Below are positions 11,345 through 24,458 of a stretch of 64,000 nt of DNA, in pieces (the stretch's first letter is position 1; each line of letters opens with the position of its first letter). A program made the position numbers and the translations under genes. The DNA lies in assembly GCA_977017645.1 (NCBI GenBank), contig OZ360238.1, positions 52,390,001 through 52,454,000 of the forward strand. The letters are read 5' to 3'. Source of the DNA: Torpedo marmorata (Eukaryota). Below the pieces are notes generated by a model, which saw only the letters and a program-made list of their open reading frames with translations, made no database searches and was not told the DNA's origin.

Positions 11345-14300
11345 TTATGGAAGATGTGAGGTATTAGCAGGGAAGTATTGGCTTTGTGGCCAAGTTTGCA
11401 GATGATACGAAGGTAGATCGAGGAGCAGGTGGTGTAGAGGAAACAGGGAGGTTGCAGAAGGACTTAGATTAGAAGAATGGGCAGAGAAGTGGCAAATGAA
11501 ATATAATGTCGGAAAGTGTACGGTCATGCACTTTGATAGAAATATAAATGCACAGATTATTTTCTAAATGGGGAGAAAATTGAAAATACCCACATGCAAA
11601 GGGACCTGGGAGTCCTTGTGCAGGTTGAGTCGGTTGTGAAGAAGGCAAATGCAATGCTGGCATTAGTTTCAAGAGAACAGAATATAAGAGCAGGGGTTTG
11701 ACACTCTTGAATCTTTACGCACCAAATTTTGACGACGAGACATTTATGCAGAATATTTTTTTGAGTGACAGGAGGTCGACAAAACGTTTTGATTAGTGGG
11801 GATTTTAACTTTTGTCTGGATCCCATTCTGGATAAATCGGCAAAGACAGTTAAAGCCAGGGTGGCTAAAACAACCTTGGCTTTCATGAAAGATTTAAACC
11901 TAATAGATGTATGGAGACAGTTGCACCCTCAAGCTAGAGACGACTCCTTTTATTCAAAGCCACATGATTCTTACACCAGAATTGACTATTTCCTGATGTC
12001 TGCACAATTAGAAGGCAGAGTGATTGAATCGGAATATCAAGCCAGACTTCTATCGGACCACGCACCCTTGATTTTGTCTATGGTAATGCCAGATAAACAA
12101 GCTAACGCGTACAGATGGCGCCTTAATTCTACGCTGTTGAAAAGACTAGATTTATGTGGTTTTATAAGTGGTCAGATAAGTTTGTTTTGCGAAACAAACT
12201 GCCCCTCTACTAATAATAGTTTTCTAATATGGGATACATTGAAGGTGTATCTAAGGGGGCAAATAATTTCATACACCAAAAATGTCAAGAAAAAGTATAT
12301 GGCGGAAATAAAAAATTTGGAAGGGGAGATTTTAAAATTGGAAAAGGAATACCAACAGTCGGAATCAAAGAATAAATATCAAACTTTGGTAAATAAGAAA
12401 CTTAAATATAATACTTTACAAACATACAAAATGGAGAAGGACATTTTAAGATCTAAGCAGAAATACTATGAATTAGGGGAAAGAGCACATAAGGTTTTGT
12501 CTTGGCAATTGAGGACAGAGGAGACTTCGAGGACAATTAATGCAGTTCAGTCGGGACCGGATAAGATATCGTACAATCCAAAAGAGATCAATTACACTTT
12601 TAAACAGTTTTATGCAAAATTGTATGAGTCAGAGTCGCCAAGTGACTCAACTACAATAGATGAGTTCCTGTCCACGATTGAATTGCCAAGGTTGGACCAG
12701 GAGGATCAGATGGAATTAGGTGCCCCATTCTCCGAAGAGAAGATTGAAAAAGCCTTGGGTTCTCTACAGGCGAATAAATCACCGAGAGAAGATGGTTTCC
12801 CGCCTGAGTTCTCCAGAGAGTTTAAGAATCTTTTGATGCCTCTTATTATGAATGTAGTTAACCAGGCGGAGGAAACACGGACTCTCCCGGAATCCTTTTC
12901 AACAGCTATTATTACGGTTATACCAAAGAAAAATAGAGACCCATTAAAACCTTCTTCACACAGGCCCATTTCATTATTAAATGCGGACTACAAAATAATA
13001 GCCAAGGCATTGGCCAATAGATTGGGTCAATATTTACCAAAATTGATAAATTCGGACCAAGTCGGCTTTATTAAGAAGAGACACTCGGCCAACAATTTGG
13101 GCAGACTATTGAGAATTATACATTTGGCACAATCAAAGGCAGACCCAAGTATAGCCGTGTCTTTGGATGTGGAAAAAGCTTTCGATAGTTTGGAATGGCC
13201 TTTCTTATTTAAAGTACTGGAGAAATTTGGATTGGGAGAATCATTTATTAATTGGGTAAGAACGCTCTATTACAAACCTCGGGCCAAGATCATTATGAAT
13301 GGTCAGATATCGTCGACATTCCCCTTAAGTAGGTCCAGCAGACAGGGTTGTCCACTGTCTCCAGGTCTTTTTATCTTGGCAATTGAGCCACTAGCAGAAT
13401 CTATTAGGCGGGACCCAGACATAAAAGGATTCAGGGTGGACCAGGTGGAACATAAAATTAATTTATTTGCAGATGATGTGTTGTTGTATTTGACAGACCC
13501 TGCCGAGTCCTTGGCCAGGTTGCAGACCACACTGGAAGATTACGGCATGATTTCGGGTTACAAAATCAATTTAGAAAAAAGTGAGATCATGCCGTTGACA
13601 AAATTTGATTACGGGGAATATCAACAAAAGAGTCGCTTTAAGTGGCAACCAAAGGGTATTAAATATTTGGGAATAATGAGTGACAATGATTTGCAAAATT
13701 TGTATAGACTTAACTACCTCCCTATGCTTGGAAAGATCGAAGACGATTTACTTAGGTGGAGGGACCTGCCCATTACTCTAGTGGGCAGGGTGAACTGCAT
13801 TAAGATGAAGGTGATGCCGAGACTGCAATACCTCTTTCAGTCCTTGCCAATCCCATTGCCGCGGGTCTTTTTTAAAGCACTTAACGGACATGTAAGGCAA
13901 TTTATCTGGAGTGGTAAGGTCTCCAGAGTTTCCATGGAGAAGCTGACATGGGATTACAATTTGGGGGGTTTGCGATTACCAGATTTTAAGAAATATTATT
14001 TAGCAGCTCAGTCGAGGTTTCTTTCATCCTTTTTCGAGGGGGACGATCCCCCCTCATGGGTCCAAATTGGACTACACACCATAGGAGAGAAAATAGCGAA
14101 GGACTTTATCTACAAATGGAACACCAAATTAATATCTAGGCGAACGGACAATCCCATTCTAAAATATATGATTAAGATTTGGCAGGAAATCATTGAATGT
14201 ACTGGAGGAAAGGTGGAAATATCACCAAAGGCACCTTTGATCCAAAACGAAACTATGCCCATGGCTTTGGGTAACAAAATTTAAACATTTGGCACCAGAG

Positions 14301-16035
14301 GGGAATCCAGTATATTGAAGATTGTTATGAGAAAGGACAATTTATGTCTTTTGAGCAATTGAAGAGTAAATATGATTTGTCTAATGGAACCTTCTACTGT
14401 TTTATTCAACTAAGGTCCTTCTTGAGGGATTGATGGGGTCCTACAATGACCCCACCTCGGTGTAATGAAATGGAAACGTTGCTTCGATTGGGAAATGCAC
14501 CTAAATTCATATCTAGAATGTATTTCGTACTCCAAAGCGAAAACCCTAAGCCGGGCCTACAAAGATTGAGAGAGAGATCGGAGTCGGACTTGGGAACAAC
14601 AATTCACGAACGATGCTGGTCAGACTGGTGTTTAGATAGCATGACAGCAGTCATTAATGCCAGATATAGGCTGGTTCAATATAATTTCCTACACCAATTG
14701 TATCTCACACCACAAAAACTACACAAGTCAAAACTGGAGATATCAGAAATGTGTTTCAGGTGTGGGATAGAAATTGGATCCTTTTTACACTCCAGCTGGT
14801 CATGTGCAAAGGTAAGGCCCTTTTGGCATGATTTGGCTAACGTACTAACTAGGATTACGGGAGTAGCTTTCCCACTAGACCCGGAGTTGTATCTTTTAGG
14901 AAACCTCATGGACATAAGCAACAGATTATCTAAATTCCAAATTCAATTTGTAAAAGTTGCTCTGTCCGTAGCAAAAAAATGCATTGCAGTTACTTGGAAG
15001 TCCGACTCCCCCCTTCTCATCACTCGATGGTCTACGGAAATGTACAGCTGTATCCCCATGGAAAAAATTATATATAGTCTTAGAAATAAGTACGATAACC
15101 TTGTTAAAGTGTGGCAACCGTACTTGGAGCACATTGGTGCTCAATTGTAATCAAACCTCTGAGGTATGGTGTACTGTAATGTATAATTATTTTAAGGGTG
15201 TGTCATCCCCAAATACTTGGACAAAAGTTGTAAGCGCTGACGGTACGTTTAGTTTTCTTTTCCTTTTCTTTTTCTTCTGTTTTGGTTTTATTCTTTTTGG
15301 GTGGGGGAGGGAGGGTTAAGGGGCATAATGTATTCTGTACTTGATACGTTTGAAATTTATGTATGTTCGTGATTGTTTATTAATGTTTTGTGAAAATTTT
15401 GAAAATGAAAAATAAAATATTTTCAAAAAAAAGAGCAGGGGTTTGATGTTGAGGCTTTATAAGGCACTGGTGAGGCCTCACTTGGGAGTGTTGTGAGCAG
15501 TTTTGAGCTCCTCATTTAAGAAAGGATGTGTTGATGTTGGTGAGGGTTCAGAGGAGGTTCACAAGGATGATTCCGGGAATGAAAGGGTTATCATATGAGG
15601 AGCGTTTGACAGCTCTTGGCCTGTAGTCATTGGAATTTATGAGAATGAGGGGGGGATCTCATTGAAACATTTTGAATGATGAAAGGCATGGACAGAGTAA
15701 ATGCAGAAAAGTTTCCCATGGTGGGAGAGTCTAGGACAAGAGGGCACAACTTCAGGATTGAAGAGCATCCACTTAGAACAGAGATGCGGAGGAATTTCTT
15801 TAGCCAGAGGGTGGTAAATCTGTGAAATTTGTTGTCACATGCAGTTGTGGAGGCCAGATCATTGGGTGTATTTAAGGCAGAGATCGTTAGGTACTTGATT
15901 AGTCAGGGCATCAAAGGTTACGGGGAGAAGGCCAGTCAGTGGGGCTAAGTGGGAAAATGGATCAGCTCATGATTAAATGGCAGGGCAGACTCAATGGGCT
16001 GAATAGCCTATTTCTGCTCCTATGTCTTATGGTCT
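11345..16035 (+). mobile_element. CR1 LINE 3' part, split by the L1 insertion
   Basis: AKFADDTK-type RT remnant at about 11390, continuing after 15446 to the TATGTCTTATGGTCT tail; same family as 25975-26335. Confidence 0.85.
11702..15430 (+). mobile_element. 5'-truncated L1/Tx1-like LINE (nearly full ORF2, a few stops/frameshifts)
   Basis: 839-aa and 234-aa ORFs with EN, RT (FADD) and C-terminal CFRC..H..WSC; AATAAA + polyA; 16-bp TSD AAGAGCAGGGGTTTGA (11686-11701 / 15431-15446). Confidence 0.95.
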
Positions 16036-16078
16036 CAGCTCTTATCCATCTATTGAATTTCTTTCAGATCCTCAATTC

Positions 16079-19000
16079 ACCTTTATTAATATCTTGTATA
16101 ATTCCGGAAAAAGAAAAAACTGTATATAGTTGGAGATTTAATTCATCTTTATTAAAAAGGAAAGATTTTTGTGAATATATGAGAAGGGAAATTCAGGAAT
16201 TTTTGCAAATAAATTCTAATTCTACTGATAATAAATTTATTATTTGGGAAGCTTTAAAAGCTTATTTAAGAGGTCAAATAATAAGTTATTCAGTAAAAAT
16301 TAAGAAAGATTATCTTAAGGAAGTAGAAAAACTTGAGAAGGAGATTGAATGTTTGGAAAAAGATTTACAAAAAAATAGATCAATTCAAAAAAGAAACCAT
16401 TTAATAGGGATGAAATTACATTATAATTTATTACAAACATATAAAATGGAAAAATTAATTGAAAGAACTAAACAAAGGTATTATGAATTAGGAGAAAGAG
16501 CTCATAAAGTTTTGGCATGGCAATTAAAAAAAGATCAAATTTCTAGAACTATAAATGCTATAAGGAAAAAAAACTCTGGAGAGATAACTTATAAACCTCG
16601 AAAAATAAATGATTCTTTTAAAGATTATTATTTGAATTTATATAAATCTCAGATTGATCAAGCTGATTCTAAAATTACTAGATTTTTATCTAAAATTACA
16701 TTACCTAAACTAAATATTCAAAGTAGAGAATCTTTAGATTTACCTTTTACAATGAGGGAAGTTAATGAAGTTCTTTCTTCATTAAAGAGTGGTAAATCTC
16801 CAGGTGAAGATGGGTTTCCATCAGAATTTTATAAGGAGTTTAAAGATTTATTAATACCTCCATATATGGAAGTATTGAATCAAATTACGGAAACTCACTC
16901 ATTACCGGATACTTTTTTAAATGCAATAATTACAGTTATACCAAAAAAAGATAGAGATGTATTGAAAACTGAATCATATAGACCTATTTCATTGTTAAAT
17001 GTAGATTATAAGATAATGGCAAAAATTCTAGCAAATAGAATGGCTAATTATTTACCAGATTTAATTCATGTAGATCAAGCTGGTTTTATCAAAAATAGAT
17101 ATTCAAAAGATAATATAGCTAGATTGATTAGCTTAATTAATTTACATAAAAAGAAGGAAGATTTACCATTAGTTTTAACATTAGACGCTGAAAAGGCTTT
17201 TGATAGATTAGAATGGAATTTTTTATTTAAGGTACTGGAGAAATTTGGTTTTGGAAATACATTTATTAACTGGATTAAAACTATATATAAAGAACCATCT
17301 GCTAAAGAAGTCACAAATGGACAAATTTCTCCAAAATTTCCTTTGACTCGATCTACTAGACAGGGATGTCCTCTGTCACCAGCATTATTTATTTTGGCGA
17401 TAGAACCTTTGGCTGAATTAGTTAGAAAAGATCCTAAAATAGTAGGTATTAAAGTTGGAATGGAAGAACATAAAATTAGTTTGTTTGCAGATGATGTATT
17501 GATATATATGACAAAATCTGTTGCATCTTTAGTACAACTGTCTATTTTATTGAGAGAATATGGGGAAATATCTGGATATAAAATTAATTCTGATAAAAGT
17601 GAGATCATGGCATTATCACAAGGGGATTATAGTAGATGTAAAGAAATTACACAATTTAAATGGGCAAAGAAAGGAATTAAATATTTGGGAGTAAGGGTTG
17701 ATACAAAATTGGCTAATTTATATAAATTAAATTACCTACCATTATTCGTGAAAATAAAGAAAGATTTAGAAAATTGGAAAGATTTACCTATAAGTTTATT
17801 GGGAAGAGTAAATTGTATTAAAATGAATATTTTTCCAAGAATTCAATATCTTTTTCAATCAATTCCTTATGGAATTCCTCAAAAAAAATTTAAAGATTTA
17901 AATTCAATTATTAGGAAATTTTTATGGAAAGGAAAGTTAGCAAGAGTAGGTATGGAAAAATTAACTTGGAATTATGAAATGGGTGGCTTGCAACTTCCTA
18001 ATTTTCAAAATTATTATAAAGCAGCTCAATTAAAATTTGTTAATGAATTTTTTGACTTAACTAAATCTCCTGCTTGGATTAAAATAGAATTAAATAATAT
18101 AGGTGATGACGCTAAAGAAGAAATTATTTATAAATGGGATTCTAAATTAATATCAACAAGAAAGAAAAATTCGCCTATTTTTAAACATTTGTTAGAAATA
18201 TGGAATAAGACGGATAAGGAAATAGGAGGAAAAGGATTGATTTCTCCAAGGATGCCTTTATATCAAAATGGACTTATTCCATTTACTATTAATAATCAAT
18301 TATTTAAAATTTGGTTTCAAAAAGGAATTAAGAAGATTAGTGATTGTTTTGAAGCTGGGAAATTTATTATGTTTCAAAGAATGAAAGATAAATTTAATAT
18401 ATTAGATAATACACTTTTTGCTTATTATCAAATTAGAGCTTTTCTGATTGAGAAATTAGGTTATGCTTTGATTTTACCAAGACAAAATGAATTAGAATTA
18501 TTAGTTACTAATGGAGATGTTAATAAATTTATTTCTCAAATGTATAAATTGTTTCAGAGGAAAATGCCAAAAGTAGGTTTGCATAAATCAAGATTAAAAT
18601 GGGAATTAGATTTGAATGTAAGAATAGATGAAAATCATTGGAAAGAATTATGTAAATTAAGTATGACGAAGATTATTAATGTTAGATATAGATTAGTACA
18701 ATATAATTTTTTTCATCAATTATATTTAACACCTAAAAAATTAAAGAAATTTAATCCGACATTATCAGGTTTATGTTTTAGATGTAATAAAGAGGAAGGG
18801 TCTTTTGTACACTGCACATGGTTTTGTCCAAAAGTTTATGATTTTTGGTTGAAAGTTAAAAACTTTTTAGATAAAGTATTTAAGATTACATTTCCAATGG
18901 ATCCTATGATATTTTTGTTTGGAGATATTAGAAAATTTAGTATTAGGATGAAACTAAATATGTATCAGATAGAATTTTTGCGAATTGCTTTAGCTGTTTC

Positions 19001-19446
19001 AAAGAAGTGCATTGCTATTACTTGGAAATCTGATTTAGATTTAGGATTAGAAAGATGGCATGCAGAACTTCGTTCATGTATACCACTTGAAAAAATTACT
19101 TATAATTTACGTAATAAATACCATTTCTTTTTAAAAATTTGGAGCCCATATATGAAAGCTGTTGGTTTATGGATTTGAAGATCTCTAGATATCGGATCTG
19201 CTGGCATACTTGACCTCCATAATAGAATTAGTTTATAGATTGACATTCCCCTTACTCTATCTTTTTCTTTCTTTTTCTTCTTTTTCTATTTTTATTTTTT
19301 ATATTTTTATTTTTATTAGATTAGTGGGGTTGGGAGGGGAGGGAGGGAGGGGGGGTGAAATTGTATCACAAATAATTTGATAATTTTATATTCCATTTTA
19401 TGTATTTTGTGATTTAAAAATTTTAAATAAATTTTTTTTTTTTTTA
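16079..19446 (+). mobile_element. Young 5'-truncated L1/Tx1-like LINE with uninterrupted ORF2 (no endonuclease domain)
   Basis: Open from SPLLISC to the stop at 19178 with RT and cysteine-rich domain; 11-bp TSD ATCCTCAATTC (16068-16078 / 19447-19457). Confidence 0.95.
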
Positions 19447-20161
19447 ATCCTCAATTCCGAATCCAGCTTTTTATATGACAGTGTTTCATATTTAATAGTG
19501 ATTGCCTCTATGGTGTTTTATATGAACATGCATTCCTGCTGAGTAATTGTGTGTAAACGATGTTTTATCTCAAACTAACTATGTTATTTTCTCTTTTTTA
19601 AATTTGAATTTGTAATTAATCGGCTTCGCGTTAAACCACCATTCAACTTGCGATGTTGGAGGAACTCAGCGGGACAGACAACATCCAGCACCTCATTGTT
19701 TGCTCAAAATTCCAGCATGTCCAGTTTTTGTGTTTCTCTAGTATCCCATTTGAGAGTTTTTAAAAATTCCATTAATTAAAATTCCATTAATTTCCATTAA
19801 TCGTGATATGTGCCAAGGTACCCTATTTGAGTTGAATTCTCATTATGCCTTTGCACAAATAAAATGCCCCATTCTATGTTTTTATTACTTGCGTCGATAT
19901 TCAATACACTAAAAAGTATAGATCGGGTTGGTTGAAAGGTTTATGTAAGGTTTAACCTAAATTGATAGTGATTGTTGAATAGTTCTTGTTGAAAGTTGGA
20001 GAAATTTTAGCAATGTGCCCCAAAGTACTTTAGAAATGTATTAATTTCCTACATGACATTGGAGGAGGCTATTCAGCCCAATGACTCCAGACAAGTTTTC
20101 AGAGCATTCTCATCAGTCTGGGATATCAAGAAATGAGTTGCTCACTACAGGATTACACAAA

Positions 20162-20370
20162 GTAAAAACTCAATGCTGGAGAAACTCAGCTGGTCAAACA
20201 GTGTCCTTTATATAGTAAAGATAAAAACACATAACTAATGTTTTGGGCTTGAGCCCTTCATCAAGCCCGAAACGTCAGTTATGTATTTTTATCTTTACTA
20301 TATAAAGTACACTGTTTGACCAGCATTGTGTTTTTACTTCAAACACGGTGTCTGCAGACTTTTGTGTTTT
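20162..20370. mobile_element. Penelope-derived fold-back (hairpin) insertion
   Basis: Inverted arm 20162-20262 plus forward pLTR piece; 18-bp TSD ACTACAGGAT(T/A)ACACAAA at 20144-20161 / 20371-20388. Confidence 0.85.
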
Positions 20371-20419
20371 ACTACAGGATAACACAAACTCTGCTGAGCT
20401 GTTGGTAACAACAATATTC

Positions 20420-21085
20420 AAATTATTCCTGTACGACCGGAATATCACCCACAATGCACATTGTCCCTGAGATAACAGTGGTAGAGTGGAGATGGTTGCC
20501 CACCTCTACAGAATGTTGATTTGCTATAAGTGTGTGGAGAAGGATGCAAGGGTCCCTGTCATAGTTCATCCCCAGCCGCAGCGTAACAGAGGAATCTCTG
20601 ATTTACGTGCTGTTCTCGGGGACGCATGTAGAAACAGACATCCAGAGCTGCTGGAAGATCATTAACTGGGTATAAGATGCCCTTTGATCTGCACATAACT
20701 TGTTAATCTTCATCTTGAGATGTCAGTGAGGGAATGCTGCTGACTGGCAGATCCCAGGCTGCAGAAATATGTGCTGAGGGATGTATTGAGGTTTGGTGCA
20801 GCAATGCAAGGGCTTTTTTGGGAAGGACTGCAGTCGAGAATCCTTCCACTACTGGACATTGAAGGGCTAAAAATGGAGGAGAAGCCCCTCAAACAATGGA
20901 GGGGGGAGTAACTGCAAGGGGCCACAGTGGTGGCAATGATGCTACATAGCAAATTACAGAATGAATGTAGCAATGTACAGTTACGGAATGTATGAATATG
21001 ACCCTCAGGATGCAAAAAGACTTTGCACGGTTTTCTTTTGTACATAGTTTTATTAAGAATAAATGTTATTTTTGGGAAAAAAAAC
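20420..21085 (+). mobile_element. Probable 3' end of an older L1/Tx1-like element
   Basis: Ends AATAAATGTTATTTTTGGGAAAAAAAA; decayed coding-like sequence upstream. Confidence 0.4.
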
Positions 21086-21289
21086 AATATTTAATGGGCT
21101 GATCCAATAGAGTTCTGATCAATAAAATGACCCCTGGATATTGATGTTAGGAATCTTGACAAGTGATGTTTCAAAAGGAGGTAAACTGCGTTTTGCTTTC
21201 CATGGATGCCCTGTTGAGTTTCCCCAGCACTTTTGCATACTGATGTTTCAAAAGTGCAGACAGATCTTTTGGTGGTCCAAAACGAATTT

Positions 21290-21870
21290 ATGGTCAGGGT
21301 AGGTCAGGGAGGTTGATGAGCCTGATAACTATTGGGAAAAAAACTGTTCTTCGAACCTAGAGGTTCTCCTCTCCAAGCTTCTCTACTGCCTATCTGAAGG
21401 TAGCAGTAAAAGAGATTGTACTCAGGGTGGTGGGGATCCTTGTGATATTGGCTGCCTTCTTGATGCCTTCAATGGCCGTGATGGACATGCCAAGATTTGC
21501 CCCTTTCTGCAACCTTCTGTTTTCCTGGGCACTTGGTCAGTCAGTATACTTTCCACAGTACTCCTGCAGAAGTTTGATCGAGCATTTGATGATATGCCAA
21601 ATCTGAACTTTTCACAGTTGCCTCAATATGCTGGCTCCAGGAATGGTCCTCCGATACGTGAACTCCCAGGGACTTGAAGGTGCTAAACTTCACCATTCCA
21701 CCAATGAAGACAGAGGAGTAGTTCCTTGGCTTCTGCTTCCATAAGTCCACAATAAGCTCCTTGGTCAGTCTAGCTGTTGATGAGAGCAAGATTGTTGTTC
21801 TGACACTGCACAATCCTCAATCTCCATCCTGTACTCAGACATCATTATTTATTTGGCCAGCAACAATGGA
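21290..21870 (-). mobile_element. Old Rex1/Babar fragment
   Basis: TKELIVDL, FKSLGVHVSEDHSWSQH. Confidence 0.7.
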
Positions 21871-22854
21871 TTGCGCTGGAGCCAAACTTAGCTACGCTAA
21901 CATGTTTAAGTTTTGCTGCATGTTGGCATGAACTTCATTTACTGAGGACATGTATTGCAATTGAATATTGTACGGTCATTATTGAATAATCCTGCTTCTG
22001 TCATTTTGATGGAATGGAGGTTGTTAATGAAGCAAGACGAGCAAAGACCTTTTCTAATAAAGGGCTCATCAGCTTAAAATAGATTTTCATTTCACAGTAC
22101 CAACAAATTGCATTTCTCATGAGTGATATTTAATTCTGCTTCAGCTTGAGTGATTAAATAGAGGGAGAGAAATGTGGTGAGGGAATGGCTGTGTTGATTG
22201 GAAATGTGCAAGAAATCAGAAATCTAGGTTTTAAGAATCAAGCAGGAGGACCTGAGAGGAATTTGGGAAGAGGGTTGATCATTTTTGAATCTCCACTTGT
22301 GGCCCACAAACCAGACTCCCACCCGCACCCACCTAATCAAGACGCAAAGGCCCAATCAATCTGACACTTCCCACTCTAGAGGTGTCCAGCGGAGCATAGT
22401 GAAGCCACAATGATGAGTACGCCTTGGACAGCGAGCCCACCTGACTTCTTTTGACAAGAAGAAAAGTTAGGAATGGAAATCATCTCTGTCAAAACCTATG
22501 AGGGCTTTTCATATTTTTTTTAAAAAAATCACTGTCATTCAAAAATGTTTAAAAACTATTAAAATTGCTGTAAACATTTTGACACATTAAAAATACACCA
22601 AAATACTAAGAATAATGTAATACATAAAAATAAAGGAAGTGGATAATAATTTTTTTTTTGTCCAACCTCTTGGCTTGGAAATTCCAATGAGGTGATGAAA
22701 TAACCAGTCTTGTACCAGGTCTCCCTTACTTTGGTGGAACTATCCAATTAATTGGCGTCTCTTACTCTTTTCCTGGAGACCTGTAATAATTTCCTTTCAA
22801 GTGCTTATTTAATTCTCTTTCAAAAGTTATTGTGTCTGGATTTTTTTTTTAAAC

Positions 22855-23155
22855 TGTTGGAAGAACTCAGCAGATCAGTCAGAATCTGTGGAGGTAAAAG
22901 ATGCAAGTCAACATTTTGGGTTGAGAACCTGCATCAGGACTGAGAGGGAAGAGGAAAGATTGCCAATATCTATCAGGACAAGGGGAATAGGATGGAGGCT
23001 GGTAGATGATTGGTGCAACCAGATGTGAAGGGGATGCTGGGCAGATGGAACCATACGGGGAAGAAGATGGGAAAGATAAAGGGAGAAGGAAACTAGATGG
23101 ACTGGTGAGTGTGTGGGGGGAGGAGAACACTGAATGTATGGGTTACCTGAAACTA
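22855..23155 (-). mobile_element. Old Penelope pLTR fragment
   Basis: TGTTGGAAGAACTCAGCAG start; degenerate hammerhead-like CTGATGCAGG...CCCAAAA on the minus strand. Confidence 0.55.
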
Positions 23156-23444
23156 TTGCATCTAGTTGCACTACCTCTTTTTGCAGTGCATTTCATATCT
23201 TTCTGGATAAAATAAATATTTTTTCAAGAAATAGCAAAAAAAACTGCAAATTCTGTGAATCTGTACGAAAATATGCTGCAGATCAGGCAGCATCTATGAG
23301 AAAAACTGAATTTGTGTTTCATGTCACTAACCTTTCATCAGAACTCAAAGGGAGAAATCAAGGGATTGTAGCTATCAAAACCTTTTGAACACCTCAATCA
23401 AAAATGCTTAATCTCTTCTAAGGAAAAAAAAATGTAAAACAAGT

Positions 23445-24400
23445 CATGCAGCAATTCTGGAACACTTGAAGAACAAGGACACCTACATCAGACTACTATG
23501 TATCAACTGTTGCTCCGACTTCAACACAATAGTGCCAAACAAACTAATCCTCAAACTGCTGGTCTTAGCATGCCTATCTGTAATTGGAACCATGACTTTC
23601 TATCTTGCAGGATTGGTGACAGCACTTCCTGCACAATCATCCCTCAACTCCAGCGAGGTTGTGTACTCAGCCCCTGACGATACTCACTGTACATTGAAGC
23701 ACCACTCCAACTCCATCTATAAATTCACGGATGATTACCATCGTAGACAGGATATCTGACAACGATGAAGCAGAGTACAAAAGGAAGGTAGAGGGACTTG
23801 TTGCTTGGTGCCAGAACAACAACCTCTCCCTCAAAGTCAGCAAGACCAAGTAGCTGGTTATAGATTTCCATAAGAGTGTTAGAGCTCACACCCCAGTCTG
23901 CATCAGCAGTGCTGAGGTGGAGATAGACGACTTTAAGTTCCTAGTGGACATCTACACTGACTTGTCCACCCACGTTGAGGCAATGGCCACAAAAATGCAC
24001 AAATGCCCTTACTTCCTCAGAAGGGAATTTGAGGAAATTTGGCATGTCACCAGCATCCCTTAATAACTTCCACAGAGGTGCAAATGAAAGCATCCTATCA
24101 ACATGCATCACTGCGCGGTATGGGAAATGCTCTGCCCAAGACCTCAAGAAATTGCAGAGGGTTGTAAATGTCGCACAGGCCATCACATATGACCCCCACC
24201 CCTCCAACAACTCCATCTACAACTCCCATTGTCTTGGAAAAGCTACATATTAAAAGAGTTATCCCCTCCTGGCCACACTCTTTTCACTACCCTCTGTCAC
24301 TTAGAAGATTCACAAGTATAAGATCGAGTACCACAGAATCAAGCACAGTTTCTTTCCTGCCTTTATCAGACTTCAGAAAGAACCTCAAAATAGTAAAATT
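23445..24400 (+). mobile_element. Old Rex1/Babar RT fragment
   Basis: YIRLL..SDFNTIVP, YKFTDD, ESILSTCITARYG. Confidence 0.8.
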
Positions 24401-24458
24401 ATGTTGCTTTTGCTCCATACCAACCGATCTCTCTCTATATCTCTACACTTTAGCACTG

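Noticed and set aside
15939-16078. N-terminal extension of the 1079-aa ORF
   Set aside because: CR1 tail and flank that happen to be in frame; the listed start is GTG.
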